From Heterodontus francisci (lineage: Eukaryota): DNA of 64,000 nt. A model generated the notes under the pieces. It worked only from the letters and a program-made list of their open reading frames with translations, was not told the origin of the DNA and searched no databases. Location of the stretch: assembly GCF_036365525.1 (NCBI RefSeq), contig NC_090372.1, positions 67,233,132 through 67,297,131 of the forward strand, written 5' to 3'. The first letter of the stretch is position 1, and every line of letters begins with the position of its first letter. A program made the translations under genes and the position numbers. Below, one piece after another: positions 48,092-60,886 of the stretch.

Positions 48092-49995
48092 CTATATTCT
48101 TGTCTGCTCCCAGCACATCCCCAATTAAAATCAACTGTGTTGATGCACATGGGGACTGCTGTATGATGGACTGCTTCCTTGTTCTAATTCTTTTTCTTAC
48201 TACACACATCAGTTGTATCAATGCAGAATCAGGATTTTAATGAGATATCACACTTCACAAAGTCAAAATAAGCGATTGAAAACAGGGTTGTTTTGTGCTT
48301 GCATTTCTGTAATTGGACGCTAACATGATGGGTATAAGTCAATGATTGGTGATCCCATCAATCCCTGCCAACTCTGTGTATGTCCTGTTCCACTGGCAGG
48401 ACAGACCCACCAGAGACAGGAGCACAGTGGTCAAGAGGCTCATGGAGGAAATGACCCTAGGAGTACTCATTGAATTTGGACACCATGAAGTCTCATGGTT
48501 TCAGGTTTAACATGGGCAAGGAAACCTCTTGCTGATTACCAGCTACCACTTTCCCTCTGCTGATGATTCATGTTGAACACTGCTGGAAGAAGCATTGAGC
48601 GTAGCAAGGGCAAAAAATATATTCTGGTGGGTTTTCAATGTCCATAATCAAGAATGGCTCAGTAGTACCACCAGTGATTGAGCTGGCCAAGTCCCGGAGG
48701 ACATATTGATAGGAGTGACCTTCAAATAGCCCTGTGGAGATCAATTTCCATCTTCAAACTGAGGAAACCCTCCATCTTGCCATGTGGCACTACTACCATG
48801 CTAAGTGGGATAAATTAAGAACAGATCCAGCAACTCAAATCTGGGGTGTTGTGGGCTATCAACAACAGCAATATTTTATTCTACCACAATTGGTAACTTC
48901 ATGGCCAGACATATCTCTAACTCCTCCATCACCATCAAGTCAGATGATCAACTCTAGTTCAATGTGTATTATAGACAAGCATGCAATCAGCAATATTCGA
49001 CATTCTTGAAATTGAGGTGCCAACCTGGTGAAGCTACAACACAGGACTACACGAATTCTGAACAGAAGATGCATGCTATAGGCAAAACTAAGGGATTCCA
49101 CAACCAACAAATCAGATCAAAGCTCTGCAGTTTTATCACATTCAGTTATGAATGGTGGTAGACAATTAAACAGCTAACAGGAGGAGGAGAGTCCATGAAC
49201 ATCCCCATCCACGATGATGGCGGGAGCTCAACATATGAGTACAAATGACAAGGCAAGTGTTTGGAACCATCTTCTCTCAGAAGTACCGAGTGGATGATCC
49301 TTCTCAGTCTCCTCCTGAGTCCCCACCCAGCAGAGTGAGCGCACTGAACGCAACAAAGACAAAGGATTACAACAACCTCCCAGCTGTCATGATGTGCTCC
49401 AGAACTAGCTGCTCTGCTAGCCAAGCTGTGTGAGTACAGCAGCAGCCCTGGCATCTGCCTGACAATGTCTGGGGACAGGACAAATCCAACCTGGCCATTT
49501 ACCGTTCTAGTCTACTCTCAATCATCAGCAGAGTGATAGACGGTGTTGTCATTCATGCGACTAAGTGACACTAAACCCACCAATAACCTGCTTATTGATG
49601 CTCAGTTTAGGATACACCAGAACCTATGGACCTCGTTACAGCCTTAGTCTAACCATGGACATAACAGCTCAACTCCTAAATTGAGGTGAGTGTGACTGCC
49701 GTATGAGATGCTGAGCTCCCTATGGGTGTTCCAGCCCTATATTCTTGTCTGCTCCCAGCACATCCCCAATTAAAATCAACTGTGTCGATGCACATGGGGA
49801 CTGCTGTATGATGGTCTGCTTTCTTGTTCTAATTCTTTTTCTTACTACACACATCAGTTGTATCAATGCAGAATCAGGACTTTAATGAGATATCACACTT
49901 CACAAAGTCAAAATAAGCGATTGAAAACAGGGTCATTTTGTGCTTGCATTTCTGTAATTGGACGCTAACATGATGGGTATAAGTCAATGATTGGT
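48092..49995 (+). repeat. 259-bp direct repeat (48092-48350 and 49737-49995)
   Basis: Ungapped match with about six substitutions by eye. Confidence 0.95.
48351..49700 (+). mobile_element. Heavily decayed third copy of the CR1-group LINE, both ends missing
   Basis: CQPGEATTQDY, IRSKLCS, TIFSQK motifs shared with 24360-25630. Confidence 0.8.
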
Positions 49996-50061
49996 CTAGT
50001 AAAATGTGGTGGTTTTCATTTGCCGGAAAGCATTTTAAAAAGGAGGTACAAAAACAGAAAA

Positions 50062-50421
50062 TGGGGCGGCACAGTGGTTAGTACCGCAGCCTCACAGCTC
50101 CAGCGACCCGGGTTCAATTCTGGGTACTGCCTGTGTGGAGTTTGCAAGTTCTCCCTGTGTCTGCGTGGGTTTCCTCCGGGTGCTCCAGTTTCCTCCCACA
50201 TGCCAAAGACTTGCAGGTTGATAGGTTAATTGGCCATTATAAATTGCCCCTAGTATAGGTTGGTGGTAGGGAAATATAGGGACAGGTGGGGATGTGGTTG
50301 GAATATGGAATTAGTGTAGGATTAGTATAAATGGGTGGTTGATGGTCGGCACAGACTCGGTAGGCCGAAGGGCCTGTTTCAGTGCTGTATCTCTAAACTA
50401 AAACTAAAAACTAAAACTAAA
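50062..50421 (+). mobile_element. HE1 SINE
   Basis: Near-identical to 32719-33076 except an A-box deletion; (CTAAAA)n tail. Confidence 0.92.
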
Positions 50422-51401
50422 TATTGCTCATGGCGAATGCATTTACCATTATAAAAATCAGCTGGGTGAATTAATACATGGTTGCAATGAAGTAACATGA
50501 TAGCTGATGCAATACAAGACTTCACCAGACTCTAAGTGATGTGGTTAAAAAATATACCAAGCTTAGTTAAAATGGTACTGAATCATACAATGAGAAGGTC
50601 TAAGGCTTGATCTTTAGTTAGTCATGAGTTAGCTGATTACCACTGTGGCAGAAGTTAAAATCTTACAATCGGGCACCAACACCTATTGGGGAAAAAAAAT
50701 TATTCAGGGTTCTGACTCTTGATTTTTATCCAATTCTATATGGTAGAAAGTGTGCATGTATGGCCATCATCATACCCCTTCTCAAAAAATGCACCCTTGA
50801 TACCTTTGTCCTTGTAAACTGTTACCCCATCACCAACCTGTTCCTCCCAAAAGTCCTTGAATATTTTGTCAGTGCCCAAACTAGTAATCATCTTTCCTAC
50901 AACTCCATACTTGAATCTCTCCAATCAGGACTCTGCTCTTGCTAGAGCACTGAAATGCCCTGATCCAAGTCACAAATTACATCCTCCATGATTATAACCA
51001 TGGTGCACTATTGCTTATCGGTCTCGATCGCCTTGCAGTCTTTAACATGGTCGACCTTATTATCCTCTTCTAATCCTTTCCTCCACTGTCCACCTGAGTG
51101 GGACTGCCCTTGCTTTGTTCCAATCTACCTACTGAACTGTAATCAGGGTATCACCAGCATGCAATTTTTTCAGACTTCCATAAGGGTCGATTGTTGCCCC
51201 CCTCCTCTTTATCTATATGCTTCCCCTTGGTGACATCATTGAAGATAGGTGTTGTCAGTGTACATATGTAACCTGACCCTCTATCTTTATCACTCCAGTA
51301 CCACCCTCCACTGCTTCTCTGTTGTCAGCCTTCTTGTCCAATGTCCAGTCCTGGATCATCCACATTTCCTCCAGTTAAACATTGGGAAAAATAAAGCCAT
51401 C

Positions 51402-52094
51402 GGGCTAGATTTAAAGGCCGTCCGTCGCCAGGAACGGTGGTGGGGCGGGGCAATGAAGATCAATATGGTAGCAGCCCGCCACCGATGCCAGCAGGCCCTG
51501 TACCGATCTTGGCAGCAGCAGCGAGGCCTCGTTGCGGCCGCCCTGCCGCTCAGCAATGGGACATGCATTACAATATGTTAATTGCTACTTACCATGCAGG
51601 CCGCAACGATTCTTCCAGCATGTTACAATCTTCATTCTAGCGGCCTTCGAAACCCCAGTCAGGGAAATGTGGTGCGATACCTTGGGGGGGTGGGTGGCGA
51701 GGGCAGTTTTTTCTCTGTGCGGGGGGAGGGGGTTAGAACGACTCAGATAGGTTGGGGGGGTGATGGGAAGGGGTAAAGGAGAAAGGTGCCGACCTTTGGG
51801 GGAAAAGGTCAAATTTTCAATATAGGTATTGTGGGGGGAAAAGGGAAGAATGTTGTGATATGCCATGGGTGGAGGGGGGAAAGAATGCATGAGAAGTCTT
51901 GTCCATTCATTTTTTTTAAACTTTAAAGTTACTTGCCCTTTAAAAATTTGAAAGCTCTTTTCAGGCTGCAAGCCCTTTAAAAATGGCGCTGGACGCCGTT
52001 GCCAGTGACAGCTTGCCTGCCCCCTCCACATCATTGCGGGGGGACGGCGCCGCGGCCATGCAAATGAGCCCGGCAGAGTCTTAAAATGCAGCCC
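51402..52094. mobile_element. Complete Harbinger-type MITE
   Basis: GGGCTAGATTT / AAAATGCAGCCC; TSD ATC (51399-51401, 52095-52097). Confidence 0.82.
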
Positions 52095-52175
52095 ATCGTC
52101 TTTGGCTCCTAGCACAAACATTGCACCCTAGTTGACAAGTCCATTCCCTTCCCCCACTTTGTCAGGCTGAAACGG

Positions 52176-52574
52176 AAGAATGAATTTTACCAAATTGCTG
52201 CGAGCTTCAAAGATGGTGGGGGGAGCGTGTGGGACTTACTCCGCAGAGCCACTGCGATATTAAACACGGCAGCTCATTTACATGGCTGGGGCAGAGATCC
52301 GAAAGCGTGAGAGTCCCAGCAATCGATTGGAATATCGGAGTGGGACAGCCGGCTGCAGCAGGTAAGGCATTAATTCATACATTAGCATCTATTAACATAT
52401 TTAAATTTCAGCCCCGTCGCTGAGCGGTGGGAGGTCGCCACGAGGCATCACTGCTGCCGGTAATATGGGGCGGGGCATTCCCAGCGTTGAGGCCCATGGC
52501 GGGCCTCTCCCGGAAGCATTTTCCAGGCCCCCCTGCCACAACCCCTGGCATCGGGGGGCCAGTAACATTCAGCC
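52176..52574. mobile_element. Harbinger-type MITE, left end degraded
   Basis: Right end ATTCAGCCC; 3' half similar to 28330-28500. Confidence 0.65.
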
Positions 52575-53164
52575 CCAAGTGTTCACAACCTCTGCATCCT
52601 ATTTCACCCTAAGCAGAGCTTCCACACCCTATCTCCTCTCCATCACAAATGCCAACTTCTACTTCCATAGCGTCACCCAAATGCAGCCCTGCCTCATCCC
52701 ATATGGTGCTGAAAACCTCATCCATGTCTTTGGAATAAGGGATTGACATGACAATGCTCTCCTCGCCAGTCTTCCATCCTCTATCCTTCGTAACCTTCAG
52801 ATTACCCCAAATCTCTGCTGCTGTTATCCAAGTTCCACTCACCCAACACACCAGTGCTCACTGACTTATATTGGCTCCCAATTCCCCCACTGCCTCCAAT
52901 TTCAAGTTCTCATTCTCCAGTTCAAATCTTTTCACAGTCTTACCCTCCCTTCTCTAACATTCTCCATCCTTACAACCATCTGAAAACTCTACATTCCTCC
53001 AATCTGGTCTCTTGTGCATCTCCCATACCTTTCTCTCCACCACTGGCAGCAGTGCCTTCAGCTGTCTCAATCCCTTGGCTCTGTAATCTTCTCCCGGTCT
53101 CTCCTTCTTTAACGTTCATCTTAAAACCTCGTTCCATGACCAAGCTTTTCCATACCCCACCTAA

Positions 53165-53654
53165 TAGACTGCATTTTACATTTGGCGATGTCGTAAACAA
53201 TGGCGGACCGCACATCGCGGAGCCGCTGCGATATTCAGTGGGGTGGCTCATTTAAATAGCCGAGGCGGACCCCCCACCCTGTTGGCGTGGGAGGGGCAGG
53301 CAGTCTGCCCCTGGCAATGGCCTCAGCAGCCTTTGCGCAAACGCTGACGCCATTTTTAATGGACTTCGAGCCCTTCCATTTAATTTAAATATTTAAGGAG
53401 AGATGTTGCAAAAAAATTTTTTAATATTTAACTTGTCCCTCTCCCACCCCCCCCCCCATAACCATGCAATGCATAATTTGCCCTCTCCCTCCAAATATTT
53501 CCCCTGCCCAACTGACCTTCTCCCCCCCGAAGTTCATAAACTATAAACTTTACCCCTTCCCACCATCCCCTACACCAATGAAATTACTTTGATGCCGCTC
53601 CCTGCTCCCCCCCCCCACCCCCACCCCTGCGCTGAAAAACTTATCTGCTCCCCC
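53165..53654. mobile_element. Harbinger-type MITE fragment
   Basis: Similar to 27724-28190 and to the reverse of 51700-52094. Confidence 0.6.
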
Positions 53655-56600
53655 GTAGCCTTGTATGCAATGGCATTTCAAGTGCTCATCTAAATACTTC
53701 TTAAATGGTGTGATGGTTCCTGCCTCTACCACCTCTTCAGGCTGTGCGTTCCAGATTCCAACCACCCTCGGGGTGAAAATTTGTTGCCTCAAATCCCCTC
53801 TAAATCTCCTGCCCCTTACCTTAACTTTATGCCCCCTGGTCATTGACCCCTCTGCTAAGGGAAAAAGTTTCTTCCTATCAATACCCTTCATAATTTTGTA
53901 TACCTCAATCATGTCCCCCCCTCAGCCTTCTCTGCTCTAAGGAAAACAACCCGAGCCTTTTCAGTCTCTCTTCATAGCTGAAATGCACCATCCCAGGCAA
54001 CATCCTGGTGAATCTCCTCTGCACCCTCTCCAGTGCAATTACATCCTTCCTATAGTGCGGTGCCCAGAACTGTACACAATACTCCAGCTGTGGCCTCTTA
54101 TATTCTATGCCTCGGTTGATAAAGGCAAGTATCCCATATGCCTTCCAAACCACCTTGTCTACCTATGCTGCTGCCTTCAGTGATCTATGGACAAGTACAC
54201 CAAGGTCCCTCTGACCCTCTGTACTTCCTAGGGTACTACCATCCATTGTATATTCCCTTGCCTTGTTAGTCCTCCCAAAATGCATCACCTCACACTTCTC
54301 AGGATTAAATTCCATTTGCCACTGCTCTGCCCATCCATATCATCCTGTAATCTAAGGCTTTTCTTCACACTATTTACGAAACCACCAATTTTCGTGTCAT
54401 CTGCAAACTTACTGATCATACCTCCTATATTCACATCTAAATCATTAATGTACACTACAAACACCAATGGTCCCAGCACCGATCCCTGCAGTACACCACT
54501 GGGCACAGGCTTCCACTTGCAGAAACAAGCCTCGACCATCACCCTCTGCCTCCTGCCACTAAGCCAATTTTGGATCCAATTTGCCAAATTGTCCTGGATC
54601 ACATGGGCTCTTACCTTCTTAACCAATCTCCCATGCGGGACCTTATCAAAAGCCTTACTGAAGTCCATGTAGACTACATCAACTACTTCACCCTCATCTA
54701 CACATCTAGTCACCGCCTCGAAAAATTCAATCAAGTTAGTTAGATACGATCTCCCCCTGACAAAGCCATGCTGACTATCCCTGATTAATCCCTGCCTCTC
54801 CAAGTGGAGATTAATCCTGTCCCTCAGAATTTTTTCCAATAGTTTCCCAACCACTGATGTTAGACTCACCGGCCTGTAATTACCTGGTTTATCCTTGCTA
54901 CCCTTCTTGAATAATGGTACCACATTCGCTGTCCTCCAGCCCTCTGGCACCTCTCCTGTGGCCAGAGAGGATTTGAAAGTTTGTGTCAGAGTCCCTGCTA
55001 TCTCCTCCCTTGCATAACAGCCATGGGATACATCTCATCTGGGCCTGGGGATTTATCCACTTTTAAGCCCGCTAAAACAGCTAATACTTCCTCCCTTTCA
55101 ATACTAATATGTTCAAGTATATCACAATCCCCCTCCCTGATCTCTGCATAGTGAGCACAGACGAAAAGTAATCATTTAAAACCTCACCTATATCCTCCAG
55201 CTCCACACACAGATTGCCACTTTGGTCCCTAATGGGCCCTACTCTTTCCCTGCTTATCCTCTTGCTCTTAACATACTTATAAAATGCCTTAGGATTTTCC
55301 TATATCTTGCCCGCCAGTGATTTTTCATGTACCCTCTTCAGTCTCCTAATTACTTTTTTAAGTACGCCCCAACACTTTATATACTCCTCTAGGGCCTCCA
55401 CTGTTTTCAGCCCTCTGAATCTGCCATAAGCCTCCTTTTTTTTCCTGATCCAATCCTATATATCCCTTAACATCCAGGGTTCCCTGGACTTGTTGGTCCT
55501 ACCCTTCACCTTAACGGGTACTTGTTGGCTCTGAACTCTCATTATTTCTTCTTTGAATGACTCCCACTGGTCTGATGTCAACTTTCCTACAAGTAGCTGC
55601 TCCCAGTCCACTTTGGACAGATCCTGTTTTATCATACTGAAATCGGCCTTCCCCCAATTCAGTACCTTTATTTCCGGTCCGTCTTTGTCCTTTTCCATAA
55701 CTACTTTAAATCTTACAGAGTTATGGTCACTACCCCCGAAATGCTCCCCCACTGACACTTCTACCATTTGTCCAGCTTCATTCCCTAGGATTAGGTCCAG
55801 TACTGCCCCTACTACTCTTGTAGGACTTTCTACGTACTGGGTCAAAAAGCTCTCCTGTATGCATTTTAAGAATTCCGCCCCCTTTAAGCCTTTTGCACTA
55901 AGACTATCCCAGTTGATATTAGGGAAGTTGAAATCCCCTACTATTATTACCCTATTATTTTTACACCTCTGAGATTTGTCTACATATCTGCTCCTCCATC
56001 TCTCCCTGACTGTTTGGAGGCCTGTAGTACAGTCCCAGACAAGTGATTGCCCCCTTTTTGTTTTTAAGTTCTACCCATATGGCCTCATTTGAGGAACGTT
56101 CTAAGATATCATCCCTCCTTTCTGCAGTAATTGACTCCTTCATCAACAGTGCAATGCCACCTCCTCTTTTATCCCCGCCCCTGGTCTCGTCTGTAGATTC
56201 TATACCCTGGAATATTGAGCTGCCAGTCCTGCCCCTCCCTCAACCATGTCTCTGTGACAGCAATAATATCATAATCCCATGTGCAAATCAATGCCCTCAA
56301 TTCATCTGCCTTACTAGTAAGACTCCTTGCATTAAAATAGATGCAATACAGCCTTGCATTTTTCACTTGTGCCTTAACAGGTCGATATTTGCTCTGCCTT
56401 TCAGACTGACTTTGCTTCTCTTCTATATTTGACCGTGCATCACCCCTTACTGTACATCCACTCTATATTCCATCCCCCTGCCAAATTAGTTTAAACACCC
56501 CCTCCCCAAACAGCACGAGCAAACCTCCCAGCAAGGATGTTGGTCCCATTCCGGTTCAGGTGTAACCCGTCCAACTTGTACAGGTCCCACTTTTGCCAGA

Positions 56601-57225
56601 AACAGTACCAGTGATCCAGGAAACTAAAGCCCTCCCTCCTGCACCATCTCCTCAGCCACATATTCATCTGATCTATCCTCCTATTCCTATACTCACCAGC
56701 ACGTGGCACCGGGAGCAATCCAGAGATTACAAGCTTTGAGGTTCTGCTTTTTAATCTGCTACCTAGCTCCCTAAATTCTTGTTGCAGGACCTCATCCCTC
56801 TTTCTACCTATGTCGTTGGTACCAATGTGTACCACAACCTCTGACTGTTCACCCTCCCCCTTCAGAATGTCCTGCAGCTGCTCAGTGATATCCTTGATCC
56901 TAGCACCAGGGAGGCAACATACCATCCTGGAGTCACGTTTGAGGCCACAGAAACGCCTATCTGCACCCCTTACGACAGAATCCCCTATCACCATAGCTCT
57001 CCCACTCCTTTTCCTCCTCTCCTGTGCAGCTGAGCCACCCGTGGAGCCACAGATTTGGCTCTTGCTGCATTCCCCTGAGAAGCTATCTCCCTCAACAGTA
57101 TCCAAAGTGGAAAATCTATTAGAAAGGGTGATGGGCCCAGGGGACTCCTGCACTACCTGCCTAGTTCTTCTACTCTGCCTGGTGGTCACCCATTCCCTTT
57201 CTGTCTGAGCAGTCTTTACCTGCGC
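53655..57225 (-). mobile_element. Long CR1 LINE (partial ORF1 + ORF2 with deletions and frameshifts)
   Basis: APE (FNARSL, VTETWL, SDHN), RT (NYRPVSLTS, QHGF, DFSKAFD, FADD) and C-terminal motifs in order. Confidence 0.95.
56491..57225 (-). pseudogene. CR1 ORF1, SGNH/GDSL-like esterase domain (5' truncated)
   Basis: LSNRFSTL, VIGDSVVRG, CLPGARI, HIGTND, DGLHLN motifs in one open frame. Confidence 0.9.
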
Positions 57226-58553
57226 TAACCAAGTGTTCGGCCAAAGCTTAACACCAGCCAAAGCCAAGCTTTGAGAAGCTGTCCTTCTTTCCAAAGAAGA
57301 CTGATTATTTCCAAGTGCTGGTCGTTTACCCTACGTCAATCACTTGTTTAATTCCAGTTACCCAATCTTCAATGGACAGGTGCTCAACCTAAAAAGCTCC
57401 CCTGCCCATCACTGTGCACACCACCACCCCACCCCTCACCCCCCCAAAGTCACCTTGTATCTTATCGTTTGCTCGGTACCATTTGTCAACTTCTGTCAGA
57501 CACTTGTCTAGAGAGGGTGCAAGGCTCTATCTTATCAGCTTTAGGAATGTCTTGTTTCAGAGCCTGTGCTCGAGTCATGTCCTTGGCAGAGATAACAGGC
57601 CCACACTGTCCTGTGTCTGTCAGCTCTGGCTAACAGAATCTTTCTTAATTAGAGAGAGAGAACTATTTCTATAAGATTCAATTAATTTCTTAGGGTATTA
57701 GACAGCCATTTCTTACACCACTGTATGGCCTGTGTCTGCATTATCTTTTGCAGGTTTTGCAATTGCATTCAGCTTGTCTGTCAGACATGCCAAAATGTTG
57801 CCTAGAAAAAAATCAAACAGAGGCTCTTGTACAATGAAATTGTCTTCAGAGCAATTAAGAGTGCTTCTAAGAGATTGTTCTCATACAGGTTGATCTTTCA
57901 CACCATTATTTGGCCTAACTAAAAGTTTGTTTGCACATGAGATTAAAAATTAAAATACTAATAATATAAAATAATCATTTTACATAATGGCAATTCCTGT
58001 TTTCAAAACCTACCATTACTCATATAGGACAACACATACAGGCTGGAATGTTTATAATACAGTAACAAGTCAAGGACTCAGATGACATCATGAATTGCAA
58101 CTGCAATTCTCAAGTGGATTAGGATCATCTCAACCCCCGAGCTGTTTTCTGTCCTTGAAACAGTGTCACAAACCACAAACGGAGCTCGTGTGATGATTTA
58201 TTCAACTTTTGGTGAGACTTGTTTTGCTGGTGACAGGTACCATTGCAGATAATAAAGGATGGCACACTCCTACAGCTAAATCCTGTTATTTGAATTAAAG
58301 TGCTTCTGTACCTCATGATTTAAATTGTAATAATCAAAATCCATATTACAAAGGAATAACATTTCTTTGTAAATATCGAAAGGTCATTTGCCTGTATCAT
58401 TTTACAAAATAAAACTCTCCAGCACAATAGTTTGAAAGATTTGGCAAAAACTACATAGGAGTCTATAGTCCATCTGAAGCTGAACAGCAGTACCTTCACT
58501 CCACTGAACAGCTACTTCTCAGCCCCATCCCATTTCATGAAAAAGATACTTAC

Positions 58554-58693
58554 CTCCTTACATGTTGATTACCTTCGACATTCCTTTCTGTCTTATCTCC
58601 TATAGTCACTGGCTCATTCTCATCAGCTGCACTCTGGTACCGCATCAGAGAGTTATTCCTCATTTGCAAGTTTACAGAATAAGCGCTGGTGGA
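58554..58693 (-). other. Candidate 140-nt exon of an unidentified gene
   Basis: TAG acceptor, 46 open codons + AG, consensus donor GAG|GTAAGT; peptide not recognised. Confidence 0.25.
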
Positions 58694-58918
58694 CTACAGG
58701 GCATTAAAGCTCAGCCAGATTATCTGTACAGCCTGGGTCATTAGATAGCAATCTAACCAATTGATCACTGGAGTGGTGAGGTCAATTATAGTTTTGCACC
58801 TGCATGCCCAAAATACGATTAGCTAATTTGGCAAAAAAGGAATTGAACCTCATACCTTTTGGTTTGCATGGCTTAGTATTACATCCAATGGTGCCTTTAT
58901 CCATTAGGCTATGGCAGG

Positions 58919-59428
58919 ATAAAAACAGAAAATGCTGGAAATACTCAGAGGTCTGGCAGCATTTGTGGAAAGAGAAAGTTACAATTTCAGGTTGGTGACC
59001 TTTCATCAGATTTCTGATGAAACTCAAAAAGTGCCCAAAAAGGAGGCCCCTCCTACCACCCTGGAGCCCACCGGGAGACCGCCAGGCTTTATCTGGTGGT
59101 CTCCCCAACCAGCGGAGGGCCCCCCCAAGCACTGCCAGCGGAGGCAGGAAAAGGCCACTTAAGTGGCTCAATTGGGCTCTGGGCTGATGGGCCATCTGCC
59201 ACCTCGCCCACTGCAAGATGGTATGAAGGCAGGAAGACAATGGGCTCACTGCCTTCCTGTGCCATTTTGCCAGCCTTCCTGCCTCCCAGCCTGTTCCCAA
59301 AGGGCTTGTAAAATCCAGCCCGTTAACTCTGTTTTTCTCTCCACAGATGCTGCCAGACCTGCTGAGTATTTCCAACATTTTCAGTTTTTATTTCAGATTT
59401 CCTGCATCCGCAGTGTTTTGCTTTTACC
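58919..59428. mobile_element. Two oppositely oriented short Penelope-derived copies (58919-59022 -, 59322-59428 +) around half a Harbinger MITE (59023-59321)
   Basis: Family sequence on both strands; MITE end AAATCCAGCCC abuts GTTAACTCT. Confidence 0.75.
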
Positions 59429-59437
59429 TATACAAGG

Positions 59438-59635
59438 AAGGGCAAAGCAAATGGTCAAGGCCAGAAACCACACAGCGAGGAGGAAGAACGGCCGGGTACA
59501 GTTTACATCCGCGGGCCGGATGGAAACCTTTGACCGGCTGGATTCTGGCCCGCAGGCCGTATGCTGGACAGCCCTGGTATAAGACAAAAATTGAAATGTG
59601 CCCCCCACCCCACACAAAAAGGTTGGACACCCCTG
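59438..59635. mobile_element. Two tandem hAT right ends
   Basis: GGCCCGCAGGCCGTATGCTGGACAGCCCTG and GGTTGGACACCCCTG, each followed by GTATAAG. Confidence 0.6.
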
Positions 59636-60886
59636 GTATAAGTGATGGCGGGAGTTGTATGTTTTTCTTTTAAAAAAAATTAGAGAAGTGTTTTATACTG
59701 TATTAAATAGTATTTCCCTTAGCTTTTCATTTATAATCTAATTGTAGCTCCTTTCCCTGTCCACATTTTTAGCACTATTATATTTTCTTAAATGCATGTA
59801 AAGAATAAAGAAAATAGGGAGAATGTAGTGATCTACCTTCATGTGGCCCTTTCATTTCTTGGATTTATTTTCCACATGTTCCCTCCCATTTCTAATTCTT
59901 CATACTCTAACTTTATCCCATACTTCAAGCTGGATTTGTGAGGATTAGACTGGTGGCAGGGTGTTTAAGCAATACGAGACTTGGGGGAATCATAGGATTC
60001 TCACACAACTGCAGAGGGAATTAAATTCTAAGAAAAACAAAACTGCAGCTGGGGGTTTGGGCTTATTGTAAAAGCACATGGAAAATAAATGGTTGAACAA
60101 GATTTTTCTACACATATAATTTAAACACAGATGTGTGTTAAGTCAGTAACACAACTAGATGATGTAGAAACAGCTCACACTTTTCCCTTGTGGTTTCTAC
60201 CATTTCAATCCCTCAACAAATTACTGCCTTATAATACAAAGAGTATACTATTCTTGTATAATATGGCGTGGAAATTCCAATTAAAATCACCATAGTAATG
60301 CAACTCAAATTACAAGAAAGTCTTAACAGAATAACCCAAGTTGCTCGTGTATATATTATATTGAAAAATTATTTCAGGAAAAACGCATCTCAGGGGTTCA
60401 GATCTGGTCAGTCACTTTCCATTTATGATGCCATCTGAGCTCCTCAACATGAACAATGTACCCCCAGCTATTTGCTACCTTAGATGTAGCATAAATAAAT
60501 AGCCTGATAATATAAATCGCTTTAGTTTTGCTCTCTGTAACTAGACCCTGACTAAAATACACTATGAATAATTTTTTCCTTGCTCATTTGTCCCCTGAAT
60601 GGATTAATTCCTTGCTGAGACATGGTGCTATAATTTCCAGTTACTCTCAAATCACAACAGCCATTCTTCATTTAATGAGTCTTAAAAGGAGGCTTTGGCA
60701 GGTTATTTGACTGCAGGGGGGCAACTCAAGATTCACACATGCAAACTCTCAATATAAAATGCTGGACAACAATCAGGAGCAACAGCATAAACTGTTTTAC
60801 CTTTCCTAACCCAGAGGCACAAAGGCCAGTTGTTGCACCTGCATCTGCCTTGGCCGAGAACAAGAAACGCAGCACTAATCAAACTC

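Larger units (their letters stand above)
50755..53160 (+). mobile_element. Old L2 LINE ORF2 remnant, split by MITEs
   Basis: IIIPLLKK..LD...YPITNL..PKVLE...LESLQSG, LQLNIGK, LTDLYWLPI motifs. Confidence 0.75.

Noticed and set aside
48092-49995. LTR retrotransposon or TRIM
   Set aside because: Repeats lack TG...CA ends, and no PBS, PPT or outer TSD was seen; the interior is a LINE fragment
56491-57294. Stand-alone esterase gene
   Set aside because: It is CR1 ORF1, directly upstream of ORF2; the first ~25 codons come from flanking DNA
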